From Gammaproteobacteria bacterium (GTDB lineage Bacteria; Pseudomonadota; Gammaproteobacteria; CAJXQU01): a DNA stretch of 64,000 bases. The stretch spans positions 64,001 through 128,000 of the forward strand of contig CBDEGZ010000003.1 of assembly GCA_965238175.1 (NCBI GenBank), in the 5' to 3' direction. A program made the translations under genes and the position numbers. The notes beneath the pieces are model-generated. The model was given only the letters and a program-made list of their open reading frames with translations. It was not told the origin of the DNA and searched no databases. Shown one piece after another: positions 11,330 to 22,094 of this stretch (positions are counted from its first letter, which is position 1; each line of letters begins with the position of its first letter).

Positions 11330-12199
11330 TCAAATATTGTTGTTATTGGTTTGTTCTGGTTCTTTTAAAACTGCATGTGTAACTAGTAAAGAAAGTATGC
11401 AGTAAGTAGCAAAAAAATAAAGTCCAAGATCAGATTCTGCGCGGGTAAAGTCTTGTGTATCCAACGCAAAAATTGAGATCAAAATAGCAACAACAAAGAC
11501 ATCCGCCATCGACCACTTTCCTAATAGATGAATTAGATCGTGTGCACGTTTATGTAATGTTGGTGCGACATTAAAAAGATTCATCGAAACCACCCCCATT
11601 TTTAATAAGGGTACGAAAATACTTAATATAGTAATCAAACCTGCAATAATTAAATTGCCATGTGAGAAAAGGCTTTGTACGGTTGAAAAGATACTCTTCG
11701 CTTCATACTTAAATACCACCTCGCCCAACAAGGGTAATTCCTTATATGCTGTCATTTGCATCATGGGTGCGGCAAGTCCAATGAATAAGCTCAAGATCGA
11801 AATGAATAATACATGTCGCCAAAAACGATCTTGATCGTCTTCTTTTTTTGATAGAAAGAAATGTAAAAGTAACCATGCAGCGGCAACCATAAAGAAAATA
11901 ATAGTAAAAATATTCGCCTGCTTTTTTAGTTCATTTGCACTGCCTACAAGCAACTTATGTTTAGTGACTCTATCTGTTGCACCTTCATAAAGTGAAAAGC
12001 TGAGTTTTTGTAAAAGCTCAGCAAACGCTAAATCGGTACTGCCTTCAACCGTCATTGCATCTGCGATTTGTGTATTCAGACTGACACTTTTTAAGCTGCT
12101 TTGCGCAATAAAGAACGCTAACGTTGTAAGCGTGAAATAGATGAAAATACCCAGAAAAAATAACGTGTTTTTGTTTTTAAGTATGCTCATGTTGATCAA
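11330..12199 (-). CDS. Paraquat-inducible protein A (PqiA)-domain membrane protein
   Basis: GKWSMADVFVVAI and GLYFF PqiA motifs; one PqiA domain only. Confidence 0.8.
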   Translation of the reverse strand: MINMSILKNKNTLFFLGIFIYFTLTTLAFFIAQSSLKSVSLNTQIADAMTVEGSTDLAFAELLQKLSFSLYEGATDRVTKHKLLVGSANELKKQANIFTIIFFMVAAAWLLLHFFLSKKEDDQDRFWRHVLFISILSLFIGLAAPMMQMTAYKELPLLGEVVFKYEAKSIFSTVQSLFSHGNLIIAGLITILSIFVPLLKMGVVSMNLFNVAPTLHKRAHDLIHLLGKWSMADVFVVAILISIFALDTQDFTRAESDLGLYFFATYCILSLLVTHAVLKEPEQTNNNNI

Positions 12200-12738
12200 A
12201 AACTATCTTTAAGAAATTTTTCAGTGATCAGAATAATTGGTTTACGATTTGCGAAGACACGATAGGTTCTTGAGACTAAGTTTGAGTCAGGATTATGATC
12301 AAAGTATTCGCTTAACTCACGGGCGCTTTCTTGTGTGCATGAAAGAATTTCTCTAAAAGTTTCAGTCTTCGTTTCGATCATTAATCTCCCTAATGGTTTA
12401 TCGGTTTTGATCAAACCTTTTTGTAATTCCTGATCGAGTTTTTCAGGCACCAATATTGATTCAGCATAAATATAATTTGTTTTTGAATCTTCTCCTTGCA
12501 AAAGTATTTTTCTGATCAGAACTTCGGTACCCGATTGAATTTCAAGATAAGGGATTTCAAGATCGCAAACTGTCTGTTCCTGAAATAACTTGATCAGATT
12601 TATTTTTTCCCAAAACTGCGCTTCGAGAATTTCAGTCACCGTACCATCTGTAGTGAGTAAGATACGTTGAAAGGGTGAAAGATTTTTTAGATCGAGATCA
12701 CTACCTGACAATGATTGTTCGAGATCAATTCTTAGCAT
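12196..12738 (-). CDS. Chorismate pyruvate-lyase family (DUF98/UbiC-like) protein
   Basis: LLTTDGTVT, R..LL, YAES, PLG, SRTY, ITEKF motifs. Confidence 0.8.
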   Translation of the reverse strand: MLRIDLEQSLSGSDLDLKNLSPFQRILLTTDGTVTEILEAQFWEKINLIKLFQEQTVCDLEIPYLEIQSGTEVLIRKILLQGEDSKTNYIYAESILVPEKLDQELQKGLIKTDKPLGRLMIETKTETFREILSCTQESARELSEYFDHNPDSNLVSRTYRVFANRKPIILITEKFLKDSF

Positions 12739-12767
12739 CGTTAATAAAAAACAAGAGAGTTAAATAT

Positions 12768-12974
12768 TCAATAATGAGGTGGTCTTTCATCGGCTATTTT
12801 TCCAGAAGACACATTTTCTGAAATTTCTTTGGTTTGTTCGATCAAATAACGACAAGTATTTTCCAATTGTTCAATTCGCTTTTGTTGATCAAAAATAGTT
12901 TTATTCAATTCTTGGATTAAATCTTCTTGGTAAGCAAGTTTTGTTTCAATTTCAAGGATCCGCTCTTCAGTCAT
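12768..12974 (-). CDS. slyX: SlyX family protein
   Basis: EIETKLAYQE...ERPPHY. Confidence 0.92.
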   Translation of the reverse strand: MTEERILEIETKLAYQEDLIQELNKTIFDQQKRIEQLENTCRYLIEQTKEISENVSSGKIADERPPHY

Positions 12975-13082
12975 CGGTGTATTATATAACAAATACACAT
13001 GTTTCTAGTTATATGCTCATCAGTTTAAACTGGGGTTTATAATTGCATGAATTAAACCTTCTCGGAATATTTAATCACTTAT

Positions 13083-14060
13083 ATGGCGAAACGAAAACTT
13101 AATATGCAACAAACTCGTCGGTTAAGTGAAAAAAGAACCGTAAAACAGGAACAAAAAATTATTGATTCAGTAAACAAAACAGGTCGGGTGATTACAAACT
13201 TCGGCAAGAAAGTTTTAATCGAAACAGAGGATGGCAGCAAAATAAAATGCTCTATCCGGCAGAATTTGGGGAAGTTGGTTGCGGGTGATTCAGTTGTTTG
13301 GGAAGACGGTTTAGAACTGTCAACCGGCATTATTAGCCAATTACAAGAACGAAAAAATTTATTAAGTCGTCCCGGTTTTCGAGGCGAGATACGAATGATT
13401 GCGGCGAATATTAGTTTGATCGGTATTGTGGTGCCTATCGTACCGGGTATTCATCCCGATATGATCGATCGTTATTTGGTCGCTGCATCCCAACTTGGTA
13501 TTCCTTCATTTATCCTTCTTAATAAAATTGATTTGATCGAGGAACAAGAACACTGGCAAGCGATTAATGAAATCTTGCAACCCTATCTCGATCTAAATAT
13601 TCCTATCATACAAACATCGAATTTGAAAAAAAATGGTTTTGATCAATTACGAACTCAACTGTCTGATCATACTAGTGTTTTTGTCGGTACATCGGGCGCT
13701 GGAAAATCATCACTGATCAATTCGTTAATCCCTGATCTTGATATTCGTATTGGAGAGCTTTCTGAAGCAACAGGGCTTGGGAGTCATACCACCAGCAATA
13801 GTATCCTTTATCATCTACCTTCTGGTGGTGATTTGATCGATTCGCCTGGAATTAGACAGTTTACACCTGAGCCTTGCAGCCTGTCAGAGCTTGAGCAGCA
13901 TTATGCTGATTTCGAAGCTTTTCTCGGTAAATGTAAATTCAATAATTGTACCCATACACACGAACCAAGTTGCGAGATTATTCAAGCCATTGATGACGGA
14001 CAAATTTCTGCGCAAAGGCTACACAGTTTTCATCGCTTGCTAGAAGAATTTGAAGCTTAA
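13083..14060 (+). CDS. rsgA: Ribosome small subunit-dependent GTPase
   Basis: NKID, GTSGAGKSS, HTT, DSPG, CKFNNCTH...C zinc site. Confidence 0.95.
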   Translation: MAKRKLNMQQTRRLSEKRTVKQEQKIIDSVNKTGRVITNFGKKVLIETEDGSKIKCSIRQNLGKLVAGDSVVWEDGLELSTGIISQLQERKNLLSRPGFRGEIRMIAANISLIGIVVPIVPGIHPDMIDRYLVAASQLGIPSFILLNKIDLIEEQEHWQAINEILQPYLDLNIPIIQTSNLKKNGFDQLRTQLSDHTSVFVGTSGAGKSSLINSLIPDLDIRIGELSEATGLGSHTTSNSILYHLPSGGDLIDSPGIRQFTPEPCSLSELEQHYADFEAFLGKCKFNNCTHTHEPSCEIIQAIDDGQISAQRLHSFHRLLEEFEA

Positions 14061-14068
14061 AAGATCGC

Positions 14069-14827
14069 TTAAGACTTTTTGACGATAACACTAACCTGAT
14101 TAGTAAATAACTCGCGAAGATAAGGTATCTTGGTCAAAAAATTCAGGTTTTTTACGCCTGTGTAATGCGCGTGTTCGATATGCAGATCACACTCTTTGGC
14201 CAACGTTTCAAATTTCTTCAGGCTCATTTGGTTTAGTCCGCGTTTAACGTCTTTGTAATATTCTGCACCATCATCTCGATACAAACGTCTCACAGACATA
14301 ATAGTTTTTTCAGAGAAAAATAGATTGATCCATGGGACTTTGCAAAAATATTTCATATGGCTACCATAAGGTGCGTACCAGGGAGGGCCAAAGGTAATCA
14401 ATAGTCGGCCATCTTGTTTCAAGGTTGAGCGCATTAACTTAAGAATAAAGACAGGATCAGAAAAATGCTCCATCGAATTATGCGACATAACGATGTCATA
14501 TTGATCATGATGAGAGGCATCAATTGTATCGATCAACTCTAACTGCTCAGAACTTAAACCGTACTCTTGCTTACGCTTCTCGGCTTCTGCCAGGCATTCA
14601 GGCTCATTGTCGACACCTGTGACTTTGCAGTCGAGATGTTTAATTAGTTCTACCGCTTGGTAACATACACCACAGCCAAAATCGAGCACTTTTTTACCAT
14701 GTACTAGTTGATCGAACCCTTGATATTCAGCCCGTAGAAGAACTAAGGGGGCAATATCAGTCAGATCTTTTTTTACCGGGGGATTTTGATCGGAACTCTT
14801 GTTTTGCTGCGGCAGTGAAATTGCCAT
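14069..14827 (-). CDS. Class I SAM-dependent methyltransferase
   Basis: VLDFGCG, SMEH, FGPPWYAPYGSH; start uncertain. Confidence 0.8.
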   Translation of the reverse strand: MAISLPQQNKSSDQNPPVKKDLTDIAPLVLLRAEYQGFDQLVHGKKVLDFGCGVCYQAVELIKHLDCKVTGVDNEPECLAEAEKRKQEYGLSSEQLELIDTIDASHHDQYDIVMSHNSMEHFSDPVFILKLMRSTLKQDGRLLITFGPPWYAPYGSHMKYFCKVPWINLFFSEKTIMSVRRLYRDDGAEYYKDVKRGLNQMSLKKFETLAKECDLHIEHAHYTGVKNLNFLTKIPYLRELFTNQVSVIVKKS

Positions 14828-15076
14828 TAAAAACCGTTCTGCTAAAGTCGGTTGCGGGATAAACATTACCTTTTTATGGTTCAACATTATATCTTTTCCT
14901 TAGTTGTAGAGGCTTGGATCACTTCCTTAGGCTAATTTCAAATTCCACGTATTATTTTTCGGCATTAATTGAAAATTCTGAAGTCCTTAAATGTGGAAAA
15001 TATAACAAAGGATGAAAGAACATCATTATTAATTTCATTTTCACCCTCAATACAGGCTAAAATTGATCCTATAACT

Positions 15077-16117
15077 ATGAATAACCCTGACCCCCTTATT
15101 TCCCCCGACTCTTTAAGTGAAGATTTACTGGCGGACAATACGCTTCGTCCTCGAACACTACAGGATTATATTGGTCAGCCAGACGTCTGTGAGCAGATGG
15201 AAATTTTTATCCAGGCTGCCAAGAAACGATCAGAAACATTAGATCATGTTTTGATTTTTGGACCGCCAGGCCTTGGCAAAACGACACTGGCGAATATCGT
15301 TGCAAATGAGATGGGAGTATGTCTTAGACAAACATCCGGCCCGGTGCTTGAAAGACCGGGTGATTTAGCCGCCTTGTTGACGAATCTTGAACCCGGCGAT
15401 GTGTTATTTATTGACGAGATCCATCGCTTAAGCCCTGTGGTTGAAGAAGTGCTTTACCCTGCGATGGAAGATTTCCAATTAGACATTATGATCGGTGAAG
15501 GCCCTGCAGCAAGGGCGATCAAACTGGATCTGCCGCAATTTACGTTGGTAGGAGCAACAACACGTGCCGGCTTATTGACATCTCCTTTGCGAGATCGATT
15601 TGGGATTGTACAAAGATTAGAATTCTATCAGCCTACAGAATTGAGCCAAATAGTTACTCGATCTGCAAGGATTTTAGGTGTGGGGATTGATGATCAAGGT
15701 TCGAAAGAAGTCGCGAAACGATCACGAGGGACACCAAGAATCGCGAATCGATTATTGCGAAGGATCCGTGATTATGCCGAAGTCAAAGCGGATGGTCATA
15801 TCGACAATAACATTGCGAAACTCGCTTTGGATATGCTCAATGTCGATGCCCATGGTTTTGATATGATGGATCGAAAGTTGTTATTAGCCATTATTAAGAA
15901 ATTTGATGGTGGCCCGGTTGGCGTAGAAAGTGTTGCTGCCGCCATTGGAGAAGAACGCGGAACAATAGAAGATGTCATTGAGCCATTTTTGATCCAAAAA
16001 GGCTTCATGATGCGAACGCCACGTGGCCGTGTTGCGACGAAAACCGCTTGGCATCATTTTGGGCTAACTCCACCAACACAGAATATTACGGAAAAAGATC
16101 TGTTTGATGATAAGTAG
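15077..16117 (+). CDS. ruvB: Holliday junction helicase RuvB
   Basis: [35 protein letters not shown]. Confidence 0.98.
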   Translation: MNNPDPLISPDSLSEDLLADNTLRPRTLQDYIGQPDVCEQMEIFIQAAKKRSETLDHVLIFGPPGLGKTTLANIVANEMGVCLRQTSGPVLERPGDLAALLTNLEPGDVLFIDEIHRLSPVVEEVLYPAMEDFQLDIMIGEGPAARAIKLDLPQFTLVGATTRAGLLTSPLRDRFGIVQRLEFYQPTELSQIVTRSARILGVGIDDQGSKEVAKRSRGTPRIANRLLRRIRDYAEVKADGHIDNNIAKLALDMLNVDAHGFDMMDRKLLLAIIKKFDGGPVGVESVAAAIGEERGTIEDVIEPFLIQKGFMMRTPRGRVATKTAWHHFGLTPPTQNITEKDLFDDK

Positions 16118-16161
16118 ATCACACAAAAGTTGTGAATTATCATAACTAATGCATGTCTAGA

Positions 16162-16404
16162 TACTCTATCCGGTTGATATTATTGTATTCAGCAGCACCA
16201 TGACGCTTCGCGACAAGGCACCGTGTACACAGAGAATAGTTGTTCTATTCTCAAGTGCTACCTTCGGGTTAGCTTGCCAGTGTCCGTGGACTACGTTATA
16301 CCTCTTGGTAATAGACCACTATATTGCTATTACCTGCAAAGGTACGTCTTGCCATGAACACTGACAGGCCTAACTTAATGTAATAATATCAACTAGATAG
16401 AGTA
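16162..16404. mobile_element. MITE-like palindromic element (~243 bp)
   Basis: 23-bp terminal inverted repeats TACTCTATCCGGTTGATATTATT / AATAATATCAACTAGATAGAGTA (2 mismatches), TA at both ends, internal hairpins, no ORF. Confidence 0.7.
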
Positions 16405-16463
16405 CTTTTTAAAGTTTTTTATGGAAATTATAATTAAACTAAACATAATCCTCGAGGCCACAC

Positions 16464-17138
16464 ATGGAAGCTGATCTGTCTATTGCCAGTTTAATTATTG
16501 GTGCCAGTCTATTGGTTAAGTTTGTCATGCTAGTGTTGTTGTTGGCATCAATAGCATCATGGACTGTCATTTTTATGAAAAGAAGGCTGATAGCCAGAGC
16601 GAAAAAAGAAGCTAAAGATTTTGAAGATCGGTTCTGGTCAGTAGATGACCTAACTACGCTTTATAATAAAGTTTCAGATCAACATATGGAGCCAGAAGGA
16701 ATGGCTAAAATTTTTGAGGCGGGTTTCAAAGAATTTGCGCGCTTAAAGAAGCGTGGCGGAATTGATCCCGGATCCGTTTTAGAAGGATCTCAACGGGCGA
16801 TGCGTATTGCATTAACCCGAGAAGTTGACTCATTGGAACACCGACTGCCTTTTCTAGCTACGGTTGGATCTGTCAGTCCTTACATAGGGCTATTTGGAAC
16901 CGTCTGGGGAATTATGAATTCTTTCCAGGCCCTTGGTAATGTTCATCAAGCAACATTAGCCATGGTTGCACCGGGAATTTCAGAAGCTCTTATCGCTACG
17001 GCGATGGGGTTGTTTGCAGCGATACCCGCCGTCATTGGTTATAACCGCTATTCGACAGATATTGATCGACTATATGGTCAATACGACATGTTCCTGGAAG
17101 AATTCTCTTCTATCCTTCATCGTCAAGCGCATAGTTAG
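16464..17138 (+). CDS. tolQ: TolQ
   Basis: SPYIGLFGTVWGIM, VAPGISEALIATAMGL. Confidence 0.97.
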   Translation: MEADLSIASLIIGASLLVKFVMLVLLLASIASWTVIFMKRRLIARAKKEAKDFEDRFWSVDDLTTLYNKVSDQHMEPEGMAKIFEAGFKEFARLKKRGGIDPGSVLEGSQRAMRIALTREVDSLEHRLPFLATVGSVSPYIGLFGTVWGIMNSFQALGNVHQATLAMVAPGISEALIATAMGLFAAIPAVIGYNRYSTDIDRLYGQYDMFLEEFSSILHRQAHS

Positions 17139-17154
17139 GACACAAGGTTAAGAC

Positions 17155-17574
17155 ATGCAACGCAGAACTCGAAAAAAACTTATGGCTGACATCAATGTTG
17201 TCCCCTATATAGATGTCATGCTGGTTTTATTGATCATCTTTATGATCACCGCACCACTAGTCACACAAGGAGTAAAGGTCGATTTACCTAAAGCCTCGTC
17301 TGAACCTGTCCCTCCCAACGATGCAACACCTTTGATGGTGACGGTTGATAGCCAAGGTAGCTATTATGTCGAACATGGTGAGAATTCGAAAAGCCCGGTT
17401 GATCACGACATTTTGATCACAAAAGTACAAGGCGTGATGAAATACAAACCGGAAACACCGGTTTTAGTTGGTGGAGATGGTTCCGTGCCCTACGCCAGCG
17501 TGATACAACTCATGAGCTTATTACAAAGTGCAGGTGTACCCAGTGTGGGTTTGTTAACCGAGCCTGTTGAGTAG
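17155..17574 (+). CDS. tolR: TolR
   Basis: INVVPYIDVMLVLLIIFM. Confidence 0.96.
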   Translation: MQRRTRKKLMADINVVPYIDVMLVLLIIFMITAPLVTQGVKVDLPKASSEPVPPNDATPLMVTVDSQGSYYVEHGENSKSPVDHDILITKVQGVMKYKPETPVLVGGDGSVPYASVIQLMSLLQSAGVPSVGLLTEPVE

Positions 17575-17586
17575 ATATTCGAGTAA

Positions 17587-18486
17587 ATGAAACTACGATT
17601 TAACGGGACACAAGGTTTTATTCTTGCGCTGCTTATCCATATCGTAGTGATCGGATTATTATTTTTCAGCATAGGTTCTGAGAACGCTATCAAACCTCAG
17701 ACATCTGATGCTGAACCAAAAATCATTGATGCTGTCGTTATAGATCACAACAAGATAAAAGCAGAAAAACAAAAACTCGAAGATGCAGAAAAAAAGAAAC
17801 TGGCTGAACAGGAAAGACGTAAACAAGAAGCCCGTGATGTGGAGAAAAAACGTAAGGAAGAAGAACGACGGCTAGAAGATCTAAAAAAACAGCAAAAAGA
17901 ACTTGAACAAAAACGCATCGCTGAAGAACAGAAACTAAAACAAGCAGAACAAGATCGAAAACAACAGGAAATACAAAAAAAAGCAGAACAAGAAAAGCTA
18001 AAAAAGGAAGCTGAGAAGAAACGTTTAGAACAAGAAGCAATTAAAAAAGAAGAAGAACAAAAGCGTAAAGAGGAAGCGGCGCGTCTCAAAGCTGAAAAGG
18101 AAGCTGAAGCTCAGGCTAAAAAAGAAGCGGAAGAAAAACGTAAAGCAGAGGAAGCACAAAAACAACGAGATGCTGAAATAGCTGCGGAAGAAGCTGCAAG
18201 AGCTAAAGAAATTGCCGGCGGTTTTTTTGGCAAAATTGCCACACAAGTTGGGCGAAATTTTAATATCAGTGGGTTCCAACCCGGTTTGACGTGTGTATTG
18301 GAAATTAAAATGGTACCAGGTGGTGATGTTGTGAGCGTAAGAGTTGTGGGGTCAAGTGGTGATGAACGTTTTGATCGTCAGGCAGAAATCGCTGCGCAAA
18401 AAGCTTCACCCTTACCAGTACCAGATGATATAAAGATATTTAATCAGTATTTTAGAACCATCAAATTTAGATTTAATCCAGGGTAG
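17587..18486 (+). CDS. tolA: TolA
   Basis: N-terminal TM with His, K/E/A coiled coil, TonB-C-like end; operon position. Confidence 0.92.
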   Translation: MKLRFNGTQGFILALLIHIVVIGLLFFSIGSENAIKPQTSDAEPKIIDAVVIDHNKIKAEKQKLEDAEKKKLAEQERRKQEARDVEKKRKEEERRLEDLKKQQKELEQKRIAEEQKLKQAEQDRKQQEIQKKAEQEKLKKEAEKKRLEQEAIKKEEEQKRKEEAARLKAEKEAEAQAKKEAEEKRKAEEAQKQRDAEIAAEEAARAKEIAGGFFGKIATQVGRNFNISGFQPGLTCVLEIKMVPGGDVVSVRVVGSSGDERFDRQAEIAAQKASPLPVPDDIKIFNQYFRTIKFRFNPG

Positions 18487-18490
18487 CTGA

Positions 18491-19801
18491 ATGAAAAGAC
18501 GTTTTTCTATTTATTTCACATTATTAATTAGTTTATTTCTGATCAGGCCAGTAATAGCCGAAGATGTGATGACCATTGAAATATCAAAAAGCATAATAGA
18601 GCCAACTCCAATTGCAATTGTGCCCTTTAATGATTCGGGTGATCCTGAAGGATTACCATTAGAAATAAGTCAGATCATTGCCGATGACTTAGAGAGCAGT
18701 GGTTATTTTAAGGCAATGCCTGCCAAAGATATGCCCGCTAAACCAGATGATTTTTCAAGCATTATGTTTGATGATTGGAAAAGAATGGGAATGGATAATC
18801 TTGTGGTTGGTAAGGCCAGTAAAACAGCCTCAGGTAGTTATGCAATCGAATTTAGATTGGCTGATGTTTATAAAGGCTCGCAGCTAACGGGTTTACGTGT
18901 AATGGCAAGGCCAAATAATTTGCGCTTCGCTGCACATCGAATTGCTGATGTGATCTATGAAAAATTAATCGGCGAACGAGGGGCTTTTGCAACACGAGTC
19001 ACTTACATTACAGTTAAAAAAAACGGCAAGAAAAAACGTTGGTATTTAGAAATGTCCGATTCAGATGGGCATAATCCGATTACATTATTAGAATCATCAC
19101 AGCCGATCATGTCACCTGTCTGGTCACCAAATGGGCGACACCTAGCTTACGTTTCATTTGAAGAAGGTAATTCCTCTATCTTTGTACAGAATATTGCGAC
19201 CGGCAAGCGTCAAGTTGTATCCTCTGGTCGAGGCATTAATAGCTCGCCCGCCTGGTCGCCAGATAATTCAAAACTGGCAATGACGCTTTCAAAAGATGGG
19301 AATCCTGAAATATATATTAAAGATCTAAAAACTAAAAAGTTATCCCAAATTACAAAAAATCGTGCAATTGATACTGAAGCCAGCTTTTCACCGGATGGTC
19401 GCAACTTGGTTTTCACCTCTGATCGTGGTGGCAGTCCGCAAATTTACAAAGTGCCCGTTTCGGGAGGCTCGGCTCAGCGTTTAACCTTTAATATGGGAAA
19501 ATATAATGCGGGTGCTAGTTATTCTCCGGATGGGAAAATGTTGACGCTCGTGCATCAAGAAAATGGTGCTTATCAAATTGCAGTACTAGATTTAGATTAT
19601 CAACAAATGAATGTGCTCACAAATGCACGTCTTGATGAGTCGCCAAGTTTTGCACCGAATGGCAAAATGATAATTTATTCGACGACGCGAGGTCATCGAT
19701 CTGAACTGGCAGCGATTTCTGTTGATGGAAAAATCGAAAAACGATTGCTAGTAAAAGGCAGCGAAGTTAGAGAGCCTGATTGGGGGCCCTTTGTACGATA
19801 A
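18491..19801 (+). CDS. tolB: TolB
   Basis: PD40 repeats (SPAWSPD), TolB N-domain. Confidence 0.96.
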   Translation: MKRRFSIYFTLLISLFLIRPVIAEDVMTIEISKSIIEPTPIAIVPFNDSGDPEGLPLEISQIIADDLESSGYFKAMPAKDMPAKPDDFSSIMFDDWKRMGMDNLVVGKASKTASGSYAIEFRLADVYKGSQLTGLRVMARPNNLRFAAHRIADVIYEKLIGERGAFATRVTYITVKKNGKKKRWYLEMSDSDGHNPITLLESSQPIMSPVWSPNGRHLAYVSFEEGNSSIFVQNIATGKRQVVSSGRGINSSPAWSPDNSKLAMTLSKDGNPEIYIKDLKTKKLSQITKNRAIDTEASFSPDGRNLVFTSDRGGSPQIYKVPVSGGSAQRLTFNMGKYNAGASYSPDGKMLTLVHQENGAYQIAVLDLDYQQMNVLTNARLDESPSFAPNGKMIIYSTTRGHRSELAAISVDGKIEKRLLVKGSEVREPDWGPFVR

Positions 19802-19847
19802 GTGGTAAGATAAAAACATCCTGACAAAATTAATAAAAGAGGACGCT

Positions 19848-20390
19848 ATGAAAATTAAAATTAAATTACTTGCTCTGCTTGCTCCAGCATTTTTACTAAC
19901 AGCTTGCGGTGGTTCCGAAAGCGTAACCAAATCTGATGAAACTGTTGTTACAGTTGAAGATCGAAATATTGGTGAAAACAAAGGTGAGGATGGGACGGAA
20001 TCACATGGTGCAATGGATTCTGCCGGTTTTCATGCCACCGATCTGAATAATCCCGATAGCCCTCTTTCCATTCGTGTGATCTACTTTGAATATGACAGTG
20101 CGACTGTCCTTGCAGATTATCGTCCTGCTGTAGAAGCACATGCATCTTATCTGGCCGATCACCCTGATACTTATATCACATTAGAAGGACATGCGGATGA
20201 ACGGGGGTCAAGAGAATACAACCTTGCTCTGGGCGAAAATCGAGCAGAATCACTGAAACAACAAATGGTTTTAATGGGTGCATCACCCGATCAAATTGTG
20301 ACTGTGAGTTATGGTGAAGAACGTCCCGCTGAAGAAGGCCATGACGATGAAGCATATAGCTTAAACAGACGTGCGGAATTGGTTTATTAA
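19848..20390 (+). CDS. pal: Peptidoglycan-associated lipoprotein
   Basis: Lipobox LTAC; GHADERGSREYNLALG OmpA domain. Confidence 0.96.
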   Translation: MKIKIKLLALLAPAFLLTACGGSESVTKSDETVVTVEDRNIGENKGEDGTESHGAMDSAGFHATDLNNPDSPLSIRVIYFEYDSATVLADYRPAVEAHASYLADHPDTYITLEGHADERGSREYNLALGENRAESLKQQMVLMGASPDQIVTVSYGEERPAEEGHDDEAYSLNRRAELVY

Positions 20391-20461
20391 TGAGGTTTAC
20401 TGATTCGGTTTATTGATAGAGTTCATGAATAAAATTTTGATTTGAAATAATTGATCCGCTT

Positions 20462-21406
20462 ATGAATAAAAATTATTTTACTCTTTTGTTACTGCTATTT
20501 TTGTTCGGTACGAATTCGTTTGCCGGTGAGAGTGGAGCCAATCTGCAGTCACGTATTAGCAAGCTTGAACGTGCAGTTGATAATCGAGGATTGCTGAATA
20601 TTCTCAACGAATTAAAAAGTTTACAGAAAGAAGTCCGCGAACTACGTGGTGAAGCTGAGCAGCAAGCCTACACAATTGAACAGATGAAAAAACGCCAACA
20701 AAATCTTTATAATGATTTGGATCAGCGTTTGCAGGCAAGGTCTCAGCCTGGTTCTGGGCAAGAGCTTAGTGATCAAATAACCGATCCGTTAGAAAGTAAA
20801 CCTGTGCCCGTTGAAGTTGAAATAGTTGAAAGAAAGAACACGTCTGCTCCACCTGCCGTGGAAGTTTCTGTCAGAGAAAAACCAAAGATGCGTTCTGGTG
20901 AAAATTCTGCCATACAACCGGTTGAAACCTATGTGGCAAATTCGGCAAATCGAACTCGTCCAGACCAGACATCCAGTCAAAATATTGTAACGACAGATTA
21001 TCCGCAACAAACTGTTGAAATTACTAATGAATCAAATGCAGAAGAACGTTACTCCGAAGCTTTTTCATTGCTAAAAAAAGGTCAGCATAAACAAGCACGT
21101 GATCAATTCCGCAGTTTTTTGAAACAGTATCCCGACAGCCAGTATGCGGATAATGCCCAGTATTGGCTTGGTGAGGCTTACTATGCAAAGCGCGATTTCG
21201 AGTCAGCGATAAAAGAATATAAATTATTAATGAGTCACTACCCAGAAAGTGGAAAATTATCGCATGCTCAGCTGAAAATAGGCTATTGCTATGATGAGCT
21301 TGGACAAACAAATTATGCCCGCGGTGAGCTCGAAGATTTGATCTCACGTTATCCTGGTACTTCTGCGGCACATCTTGCTGAAGAACGATTATCTCGGATT
21401 CGTTAA
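20462..21406 (+). CDS. cpoB: Cell division coordinator CpoB (YbgF)
   Basis: N-terminal coiled coil plus TPR (NAQYWLGE); follows pal. Confidence 0.93.
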   Translation: MNKNYFTLLLLLFLFGTNSFAGESGANLQSRISKLERAVDNRGLLNILNELKSLQKEVRELRGEAEQQAYTIEQMKKRQQNLYNDLDQRLQARSQPGSGQELSDQITDPLESKPVPVEVEIVERKNTSAPPAVEVSVREKPKMRSGENSAIQPVETYVANSANRTRPDQTSSQNIVTTDYPQQTVEITNESNAEERYSEAFSLLKKGQHKQARDQFRSFLKQYPDSQYADNAQYWLGEAYYAKRDFESAIKEYKLLMSHYPESGKLSHAQLKIGYCYDELGQTNYARGELEDLISRYPGTSAAHLAEERLSRIR

Positions 21407-21442
21407 ACTAGCGTTATTAAATTTACTTTTGGATAGCGCAGC

Positions 21443-22093
21443 TTGGCTGATCAGCACACACTTCGTATAACAGAAATTTTTCTGTCCCTACAGGGGGAAT
21501 CTTCACGCGTAGGAATTCCAACCATTTTTGTACGCCTCACGGGTTGTCCTTTACGTTGTCAATATTGCGATACCACCTATGCGTTTAGTGGCGGTACGGT
21601 TATGTCGATTGAAAATATTATTGATCAAATAAAAAGTTATGACACACCCTTTGTTACAGTCACTGGAGGCGAGCCGTTGGCTCAGAAAACATGTTTAGTT
21701 TTAATGGAAAAATTATGTGACCAAGGTTTTTCAGTTTCATTAGAAACCAGTGGTGCAATAGATATTTCAAAGGTAGATCAAAGGGTCAATAAAGTGATGG
21801 ATTTGAAAACGCCCGGTTCTCTTGAAGAAGAAAAGAATGATTATCAGAACTTAGAATTTATAAGTGATCAAGATGAAATAAAGTTTGTGATTTGTAATCG
21901 CAATGATTATAACTGGTGCCGAAATATTCTAGAAAAATATAAATTGACCGATCGCTGTCAGATACTTTTTTCTCCAGTGACTGATGAGCTTAATCCTTCT
22001 GATTTAGCAGATTGGATTATTGAAGATAGATTGCCTGTCCGATTCCAAATTCAATTACATAAATTGTTATGGAAAGACGAACCTGGGCATTGA
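21443..22093 (+). CDS. queE: 7-carboxy-7-deazaguanine synthase
   Basis: [15 protein letters not shown] radical SAM motif, QLHK. Confidence 0.95.
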   Translation: MADQHTLRITEIFLSLQGESSRVGIPTIFVRLTGCPLRCQYCDTTYAFSGGTVMSIENIIDQIKSYDTPFVTVTGGEPLAQKTCLVLMEKLCDQGFSVSLETSGAIDISKVDQRVNKVMDLKTPGSLEEEKNDYQNLEFISDQDEIKFVICNRNDYNWCRNILEKYKLTDRCQILFSPVTDELNPSDLADWIIEDRLPVRFQIQLHKLLWKDEPGH

Positions 22094-22094
22094 T

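Noticed and set aside
14969-15076. N-terminal extension of RuvB
   Set aside because: AT-rich upstream sequence; homology begins after ATG 15077
17738-18279. Antisense ORFs and repeat-like sequence over tolA
   Set aside because: Shadows of the low-complexity K/E/A coiled-coil coding region
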